DNA of 64,000 nucleotides, taken from a virus (lineage: Duplodnaviria; Caudoviricetes). The position numbers and the translations under genes were made by a program. This document shows positions 57,542-64,000 of this stretch, piece after piece. The stretch covers positions 1 to 64,000 of the IMG/VR virus record IMGVR_UViG_3300033066_001904, one strand, 5' to 3'. Numbering within the stretch: position 1 is the stretch's first letter; the number at the start of each line of letters is the position of its first letter. The notes below the pieces were generated by a model that was given only the letters and a program-made list of their open reading frames with translations, searched no databases and was not told the DNA's origin.

Positions 57542-58143
57542 TATATTTCTATTGTTTTAATAATCTCTACATTTTGTTCAGGAATAACATATAAATATTC
57601 GTCTGACCCGTATGTATGTTTTTCTTTCTCTAATTTCATTAAAGGAAAATATTGTGATTTTTTTAATCTTTTTACATTAAATTCATCAAACCATTCATAA
57701 TATATTTTATTTTTTTCATCATAATGAAAATAAAATTCATTATCTATTTGAATTACGTTTTCAGATTCCCACACACTAAGAATTTCTTTTGGATATAATA
57801 CAGCTCTAATTTTATTAGGTATATTTACACCAATTTCATCTAATTTACCAACAATTTGAATTTGAGATTTAGGAATAATTAATAATATTCTATTACCATC
57901 CTGATATTTTTTAAACCATTTTTTTAAAATATTACTATCACCCTCATACTGATCATAAGTATAATAATATCCTGGAATACAGTGGGCAGATATTGGTGTA
58001 TTTCCATCAAAGCACAGAATATCAGTATCTTCGCCATAATCTTTTATAAGTATTGTACCGAGTAATTCATTACTTTCATATGCTTTTAACTTATGAGGAT
58101 CGTTAATACCTATTTCACGTAATATATTTTTAAAAGTTATCAT
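57541..58143 (-). CDS. Leader-family two-module protein (MITFKNILRE|IGINDP ... LDE|IGVNIP)
   Basis: Leader plus an internal copy after E103. Confidence 0.65.
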   Translation of the reverse strand: MITFKNILREIGINDPHKLKAYESNELLGTILIKDYGEDTDILCFDGNTPISAHCIPGYYYTYDQYEGDSNILKKWFKKYQDGNRILLIIPKSQIQIVGKLDEIGVNIPNKIRAVLYPKEILSVWESENVIQIDNEFYFHYDEKNKIYYEWFDEFNVKRLKKSQYFPLMKLEKEKHTYGSDEYLYVIPEQNVEIIKTIEI

Positions 58144-58679
58144 ATTCTTTGTATAGATAATCCTAGTTTTTCTGGTCTCATATAATGTGCTTCACAAATT
58201 ATTGATAAAGAATTTCCAAAATTATCATTATTTTCTGAATAAGAATATTCTGGTACTTTACCAAAAATAAATTGATTTTCAATTACTCGGTCAACTTCAT
58301 AATAATTTTCATTCCAAACAATCACATCTCCCATTTCAGGAACAACGTTATATGTAAACCCTTTTCCATCAGGTGATAATTCCACACTTAGTGAATTACC
58401 CGCTAAATCATCGCGTAAAAAGCGAAAATTAACGTTTTGAATAATGTCAGGACCTAAGTCATCAGAAGTCACATTTGGATCAGGTCTATCAATTAAACAA
58501 TTGATTAAAACAGGATCTGCGTATGTTTTTGTGCCACTTGCTTCACCATATACATTAGATGTTGTCTTATCTAAAATTATTTTATAATATCCAACTTTTT
58601 GTTCAATAATATTATTTAATAATTCTCGATTAATATGTCTAATTAATGAAATATCTCTTTGATCTCCCCACAAACTCAT
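58140..58679 (-). CDS. Neck / head-closure protein (T4 gp14-like)
   Basis: RELLNNII.Q, NVYGE, FRFLRDDL, PE.GD.I.W. Confidence 0.7.
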   Translation of the reverse strand: MSLWGDQRDISLIRHINRELLNNIIEQKVGYYKIILDKTTSNVYGEASGTKTYADPVLINCLIDRPDPNVTSDDLGPDIIQNVNFRFLRDDLAGNSLSVELSPDGKGFTYNVVPEMGDVIVWNENYYEVDRVIENQFIFGKVPEYSYSENNDNFGNSLSIICEAHYMRPEKLGLSIQRI

Positions 58680-58685
58680 AATTTA

Positions 58686-59045
58686 TTATTTTATATTGTG
58701 TAATATTATTAAAGCATTATTATACCCTAATCCAAGAGTAATGCAATATTTATAAAGATATGGTAAATCAAATGCATCCTCAGCACTATCCTCTACTTCA
58801 AAGACATAAATATCTTTTATAGTAAAATTATCATAATATAATTTAGCATATTTATCATTTTCACTAGGATTTTCTATACTATCTCCTAAATCCTTCATGT
58901 AATATTTATAATTATCATAAAGATATAAATTCTGAATTAAAGCATACCCATCTTGGTCAGAAGTTGTAATATAATCTAAAATTTCCTTTTTAGTTATTGG
59001 TTTATTTATACCAATTTCAGGTAATATGTTTTCAAATTTAATCAA
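58686..59045 (-). CDS. Leader-family protein (TTG start; MIKFENILPE|IGINKP)
   Basis: Shared leader motif. Confidence 0.6.
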   Translation of the reverse strand: MIKFENILPEIGINKPITKKEILDYITTSDQDGYALIQNLYLYDNYKYYMKDLGDSIENPSENDKYAKLYYDNFTIKDIYVFEVEDSAEDAFDLPYLYKYCITLGLGYNNALIILHNIK

Positions 59046-59373
59046 CTTCTATCTTTAATGTGTTTTTGGGAATTCTAATCCAACTATATTCATCACTATC
59101 ATCATCATCAACTATTTTATATTTTATATTATGTTTTTTTACAATATTAATAAAATCATTAATATCTTTTTGATAATTTTCATCACTTTTCTCAAATTCT
59201 ATACTAACTGTATCTGGATTATAATCCTCATTCCACATTCCCGCATATGATTTATCCCCATATGTTATTAAATATTGTTCTGAACCATCTCCTGCAAAGT
59301 CAACAATTGCATTAAAAATTTTATTTGGATTATTAATACCTATTTCACATAATATTTGTTTAAATGTTATCAT
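59038..59373 (-). CDS. Leader-family protein (MITFKQILCE|IGINNP)
   Basis: Shared leader motif. Confidence 0.6.
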   Translation of the reverse strand: MITFKQILCEIGINNPNKIFNAIVDFAGDGSEQYLITYGDKSYAGMWNEDYNPDTVSIEFEKSDENYQKDINDFINIVKKHNIKYKIVDDDDSDEYSWIRIPKNTLKIEVD

Positions 59374-59690
59374 TACATTTCCTTCTTTAAAATAGTTTTA
59401 TATCTTGGCATAAATTGCATTAATCCTTTAATAGGAATTGCTTTCTTTTTTATCAAGTCTATCTCTTCTCGGGGAGTTGAACTTACAACATATTTTACGT
59501 GTAATAAAGCAAATTCCCATTGAGGTGTTTTTTTAGTGTCTAAAAATGAATTTTGTTCTACTTTTACAACTACAACACCTTCTATTGCTCTTAATAAATT
59601 ATATATTTCTACCTTATTAAAACGAGTATCTGTTTTAATTAAAACTTCACATTCAAATAGGTTTAATGCTTCTTTTAATATACTAATCAT
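59373..59690 (-). CDS. Hypothetical protein
   Basis: 105 aa; LRAIEGVVVV ferredoxin-like pattern. Confidence 0.55.
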   Translation of the reverse strand: MISILKEALNLFECEVLIKTDTRFNKVEIYNLLRAIEGVVVVKVEQNSFLDTKKTPQWEFALLHVKYVVSSTPREEIDLIKKKAIPIKGLMQFMPRYKTILKKEM

Positions 59691-60391
59691 TTATATTTCC
59701 ATTTAAAATTTTTAGCAGATTGTATTCTTCCTTTAAGAACTTGACAAAGATGACCATTATCTATCCCTAAACACATTGAAGCTTTTTTAGCACTTTCCCA
59801 TTCACATATAAAATTTCCATTTAAATCATATTGTAAAATAGGTTTTTTAATCCAAACATGATTTTTAAGTTTAAAAGGATTTTCCTTTTTGATTTTAGAA
59901 ATTTTTTCTTTTGTTATATGATATTTTTTACCTTTTTTAGCTTGAGATATTTTTTCTTTTTGTTCTTTGGTAAATTTATATCCTAACGCATACTTATTTC
60001 CTATTTTTGATTGACCTATTTTTTGTTTTCTTTCTTCAGAAAATTTTTTACCTTTATTAGCTTTAGATATTTTTTGTTTTGTTTCTTCACTTTTAGGACC
60101 ACTTCCTCTATCATATATTTCTGTAAATAAAATATTACTTTTATTTACTTTTTCTAAAAAAAATTTTTTCCAATATATTTCTTTTTCATTTAATTCTTCT
60201 TTTGAACATTTTTCTAAAATTTCAAATTGGTGATTTTTAGGGCCATGATTTTTTAAAGAATTATATAATTTTGGACCTATACTAGTTTTATGTAATTTTA
60301 TATAATTATTCCATCTACTTTCAATATTAATAGATTGTCCTATATAAACTTTTTCTGAAGGTGACGTTATTTTATAAATTCCTATACTCAT
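59687..60391 (-). mobile_element. Free-standing GIY-YIG homing endonuclease with NUMOD3/NUMOD1 repeats
   Basis: GIYKITSPSEKVYIGQS, ETKQKISKA repeats, KPILQYD...WKY. Confidence 0.92.
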
Positions 60392-60416
60392 AATAATAAA
60401 TATTTATAATTTTAAT

Positions 60417-61565
60417 CTAAAACACATAAATAGGAAGAGGAATTTGAGAAATAATCTGCTGAACTGACTGTGCTTCAGAAACTTGATTTTCAAGTTGTGT
60501 TTTTCTAGACACCATATCTAATGTTGCTCTAAGTTGTTCAAGTAACTTAGCTTTTTCATCACGAGCATCAGTTAATAAATCTTGTTGATTTAAAGAAACT
60601 TCAGCGCCAGGAATTGGGGTTGTTTGATATTTACCCCTTACATAAGCTAACATTTCCTTAACCAACGCTAAAGCATATTGTCTAATCCATTGTTTACCAA
60701 TTGCATTAAGTTGAGAAAATACTGGGTTTTCATATGGTACATTTCCTATATTTGTTATAAGATCTGTACGTCCATTACTTGAAGCTACTACACTATTTCT
60801 TTCATCAATTAAAATGTAGTGAAATAACAACATTTTATCAATTTCTGGAATTGGAAATATTCTTAATTTATTATTGTGGATGTCAAATGAGAAAGCTGAT
60901 TTACGAATTTGGTCATTTAGTTCGATGGATTGAATTTTTTGGACGTCAAAATATATAGGCATTAGTAAAAAGTTAATGCCTGGTGAAAATTGCCCAAATC
61001 CAAATGATTCTAATAATGATTGAATTCCGGTTCCTGTACCTGCGTATGGATCAAAATATCTAACAATAGCAGGTGGTTCTTCATAAAAAACTCTTTTAAT
61101 TTCTGCTGACCCTGTTATTCCTTTTGCAGCTAATATAGCGTTCAAGTCATAATCTTGAACAGATGCTGTTAGAGCAAAAGAACAAGTATAATAGTTTGTA
61201 TAACCACCAGCACCGGCTTCTGAAGCATAAGTTTCAGATATTCTTATAACTGACCCTAAATTTGGAGTTACTAGTTGATTATTAAATGAAGAGCCTGTAG
61301 AATTACCTTCCATTGAAAGATAATTTTCTCTTACTTTATATTGATAAATTTCGTTACCATAAGTAGTAACAGCTTCTTCTAGAGCAGCATAAAAATTTAT
61401 GTCTTGTAGTTCAATATTGACAATAGGGTACCCTAAACGCTCTGCAGCCCAGCGCGCAAATTGAGGTCCCTCTATTTGATATGAACTATCATTATCATAA
61501 AATCCAAAAGGTGTAGATCCTGATATAGGACCTGCACTACCCGACCATATTGGTATATTAGCCAT
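60417..61565 (-). CDS. Neck / head-tail adaptor protein (T4 gp13-like)
   Basis: RLGYPIVNIEL, WIRQYALAL.KEML..VRGKY...IPG. Confidence 0.8.
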   Translation of the reverse strand: MANIPIWSGSAGPISGSTPFGFYDNDSSYQIEGPQFARWAAERLGYPIVNIELQDINFYAALEEAVTTYGNEIYQYKVRENYLSMEGNSTGSSFNNQLVTPNLGSVIRISETYASEAGAGGYTNYYTCSFALTASVQDYDLNAILAAKGITGSAEIKRVFYEEPPAIVRYFDPYAGTGTGIQSLLESFGFGQFSPGINFLLMPIYFDVQKIQSIELNDQIRKSAFSFDIHNNKLRIFPIPEIDKMLLFHYILIDERNSVVASSNGRTDLITNIGNVPYENPVFSQLNAIGKQWIRQYALALVKEMLAYVRGKYQTTPIPGAEVSLNQQDLLTDARDEKAKLLEQLRATLDMVSRKTQLENQVSEAQSVQQIISQIPLPIYVF

Positions 61566-61590
61566 TAATTAACAGTATTTCGTATAAATA

Positions 61591-62262
61591 TTAAGAATCT
61601 CTATGATCTGAATATATATTTAAAATGTGTTCCACAATAGGATCTCTGTGATTTGTTTTAAGAGTTACAACTCCAAATCCTTCAACAGATGTTAAATTAT
61701 TACATATGAAATTAAAACCAGACATTTTTCTATCTTTAAGATCAATTTGGGCTGTATCTCCACAAATTATCATTCGAGATCCAGAGCATATTCTTCCTAG
61801 TAATAATTCCATTTGTCGATGAGTTATATTTTGACCTTCATCAACAACTACGCAACAATTAGATAAATTTCTTCCACGCATGAATGCTAAAGGAATAACT
61901 TCTATATTACCATCCACAATTTCTTTATCAATTTTTTCTTTATTGTAGAGACGGTACATATTATCGTATATTGCAGCCACATAAGGTGCTAATTTATCGT
62001 CTTTAGTACCTGGTAGATATCCTATTTCTTCACCAGATGTTACTGCTGGTCTTGTTAAAATTATTTTTTCCACTTCACCTTTAAATAGTAAATCAAGAGC
62101 AACTTGGGCTGCAACCATAGATTTACCTGATCCTGCTGATCCTTTTAAAACTGTTATTTTATTTTGGAAAATTACTGACTTAGCTTGTTTTTGTTCGTCA
62201 TTAAGTTGTATTTGAAACCTAATTGGATTTTTCGGAGTGCGCTTATTTTTTTGCTCTTCCAT
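61591..62262 (-). CDS. phoH: PhoH-family ATPase
   Basis: GSAGSGKS, RPAV, G.LPG, LAFMRGR, DEGQN, GD.AQID. Confidence 0.95.
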   Translation of the reverse strand: MEEQKNKRTPKNPIRFQIQLNDEQKQAKSVIFQNKITVLKGSAGSGKSMVAAQVALDLLFKGEVEKIILTRPAVTSGEEIGYLPGTKDDKLAPYVAAIYDNMYRLYNKEKIDKEIVDGNIEVIPLAFMRGRNLSNCCVVVDEGQNITHRQMELLLGRICSGSRMIICGDTAQIDLKDRKMSGFNFICNNLTSVEGFGVVTLKTNHRDPIVEHILNIYSDHRDS

Positions 62263-62279
62263 GTTTGTGGGGTTTTTAT

Positions 62280-63701
62280 TTATATATCTAGCATTTTTAA
62301 ATTTCCTTTTGAATCATAACCAAAATTGTTATTGTGAACATCAATATATTTTTTATTTAAATCTTTTAAAATATTGTGGATAAGAAGATATAATTTTTTA
62401 TATTTTTCAAATAGTTCTGGGTTTTGTTGTGCAAATTCCTTAAATAGATCTTTGTAGTGAGACTTCTCATAATCACCTGCATTGTACCATCCTCTTACTA
62501 AAGCATATGTCCATTCAGCTAAATCATGAGGACTTAAACTATAGTTTAATTTTTTTCTAATAAAATTAGAAATATTTAAAGCATCATCTTTAAAAGTTTC
62601 ATCATCTAATTTTTCTAGAACAACATATTTGTCTGTTATTTTTTCAATTTTTGGAAAGTATTGAGGATATTTTTGAAATATGTTTATCCAATATGATGCA
62701 TTATCTTTCGCTGCTTGATTTCTAAATGTTTTTATTACAAAATTTGGATTTTTTATAAATGGATAAACTTCATGTTCTGAACCATTTTTAGAATTTTTAC
62801 GTTGAATATCTAATTCATTTATATCTAAAAGATCTTTATCTTCATATTTTTCAACATGTTTTTGTAAATCTTGATATAAATTATAAACTTTTAATGACGA
62901 CAAATACTTATCAACCCAATTAAATATGTTATCTTCGTTATATGGTTTATTAAAACCATATTTTCTTAATATATTAAAATATTCACGTGCTCCTGAGGCA
63001 TCACATAATCCACTATGTATTTTATCTTTTATAAGTTGTTTTATTTTTTCATTTATATTAGGATTATTTATACCTATTTCATCTAGTGAATCTTTAAATT
63101 TATTAAATCCTGTGAAATCTACATATTTAGCATCAAATATTATTTCATTTTCATTTATTACCTCGTAAGGTATATGATGCTTCTCTAAAAATTGTACAGC
63201 TGATTCAAAATATTTATCATTCCTAATATGAGTAACACTAAATTTAGAAGGTTTTCCCATATTATAATAACCAAGATAAAAAAACTCTTGATAACCAAAT
63301 TCATCCTCCGGATCTTTAAAATAAAAACATGATCTTTCCTGATTACGTGGTTTCAATATAATGGGAGGTTTATTAACACCTATCTCTTTTAAATTATTAA
63401 CGATCTGAACTCGATCTTTAGGAATACCATATGTAATATAATGTTCAGATTCTTCTAATATTTGACAGTATTTAAAATAGCGCCAATTTGTAAAATTAAT
63501 AACATAATTAGGTTTAACAATGTGTTTACACCAATAACCATGAAATGGTTCACTCTTATTATCTCCATCAAAAAAAAATTCATCATCTATTTTAATAAGT
63601 ATACGATCATTATGATACCAATTATCTTTTTTTACAGCCTTTATTTTTCCTGGTGTATTTACACCTATTTCCTTTAAAATTTCTACAAATTTCAACTTCA
63701 T
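62280..63701 (-). CDS. Leader-family multi-module protein with C-terminal kinase-like domain
   Basis: Three E|IG(V/I)NxP motifs; C-terminal VIK...YIDVHNNN...MLDI. Confidence 0.7.
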   Translation of the reverse strand: MKLKFVEILKEIGVNTPGKIKAVKKDNWYHNDRILIKIDDEFFFDGDNKSEPFHGYWCKHIVKPNYVINFTNWRYFKYCQILEESEHYITYGIPKDRVQIVNNLKEIGVNKPPIILKPRNQERSCFYFKDPEDEFGYQEFFYLGYYNMGKPSKFSVTHIRNDKYFESAVQFLEKHHIPYEVINENEIIFDAKYVDFTGFNKFKDSLDEIGINNPNINEKIKQLIKDKIHSGLCDASGAREYFNILRKYGFNKPYNEDNIFNWVDKYLSSLKVYNLYQDLQKHVEKYEDKDLLDINELDIQRKNSKNGSEHEVYPFIKNPNFVIKTFRNQAAKDNASYWINIFQKYPQYFPKIEKITDKYVVLEKLDDETFKDDALNISNFIRKKLNYSLSPHDLAEWTYALVRGWYNAGDYEKSHYKDLFKEFAQQNPELFEKYKKLYLLIHNILKDLNKKYIDVHNNNFGYDSKGNLKMLDI

Positions 63702-63722
63702 ATCAATAAATATAGATAAAGA

Positions 63723-63746
63723 AAGCCCAAGGTTACCCTTGAGCCT
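63723..63746 (-). terminator. Terminator after the major capsid gene
   Basis: 10-bp stem (two G-U pairs), 4-nt loop, T-rich tail on the minus strand. Confidence 0.7.
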
Positions 63747-63768
63747 CTTTTTATTGGTTTAAATTAAA

Positions 63769-63999
63769 TTAAACTGTTTCTAATCCTGCAACATATATCT
63801 TTCCATAATAATCAGGACGAATCATCTTCTTAGCGTAACGAGTCATTAAACCTTTTCTTGGTGTGAAGGTTGAAGGATCGTAAAGAAGAGGAGTCATAAT
63901 TAACGGAACATATGGTGCAAATACAGCTCCACATTCTAGGAATTGAGCTCCTTTATAACCCATAAGAATTATATTCTCAGTCATATAAGGATTTTTGTA
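63769..63999 (-). CDS. Major capsid protein, C-terminal fragment (T4 gp23-like; gene continues beyond the window)
   Basis: GAVFAPYVPL...DPSTFTPRKGLMTRY. Confidence 0.92.
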   Translation of the reverse strand, partial: YKNPYMTENIILMGYKGAQFLECGAVFAPYVPLIMTPLLYDPSTFTPRKGLMTRYAKKMIRPDYYGKIYVAGLETV

Positions 64000-64000
64000 T

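Larger units (their letters stand above)
58103..59373. repeat. 41-bp imperfect direct repeat (58103-58143 and 59333-59373; 37/41 identical)
   Basis: Encodes the MITFKxILxEIGIN leaders. Confidence 0.85.

Noticed and set aside
1510-63677. All plus-strand ORFs in the track (e.g. 1510-1767, 30006-30407, 35040-35453, 46318-46647)
   Set aside because: They are antisense shadows fully inside well-supported minus-strand genes, with no recognisable motifs
1-64000. Stop-codon reassignment (TAG or TGA), as seen in some large phages
   Set aside because: Long conserved genes are intact under code 11 and several end at TAG or TGA; the single internal stop found is TAA
1-64000. tRNA, rRNA or CRISPR arrays
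   Set aside because: Intergenic gaps are short and AT-rich; no cloverleaf and no regularly spaced repeat-spacer series were seen

Overview
The window is 64 kb of a large, very AT-rich, T4-like-module myovirus genome (probably jumbo-class). Essentially every real gene is on the minus strand and the standard genetic code fits. A Bacteroidota host is inferred from promoter-like motifs and the near-absence of Shine-Dalgarno sites. In transcription order (right to left) it carries: the 3' end of the major capsid gene, PhoH, neck proteins, fibres, sheath, tube, tail chaperones, tape measure and baseplate genes; a replication/recombination block (compact PolA-like protein, SSB, UvsX/RecA, 5'-3' exonuclease, helicase, class II RNR, PolB, clamp, clamp loader); a 7-deazaguanine pathway (folE, queE, queC, queD, TGT/DpdA-like); GroES/GroEL; and a ~9 kb glycosyltransferase/methyltransferase/oxygenase island. 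The most striking unexplained signal is a family of six ORFs in the virion operon that share a 10-11 aa leader ending (I/L)-L-x-E|IG(I/V)NxP. The leader resembles the T4 capsid-targeting sequence. The same motif recurs inside two proteins as apparent polyprotein junctions, and one of these ends in a kinase-like domain. Also notable: a candidate +1 frameshift linking the tail chaperones, a helicase whose likely start codon is ATC behind a perfect SD, two recurring promoter-like motifs, and a family of very basic microproteins wedged between core genes. All functional calls come from manual motif recognition; no database searches were run.
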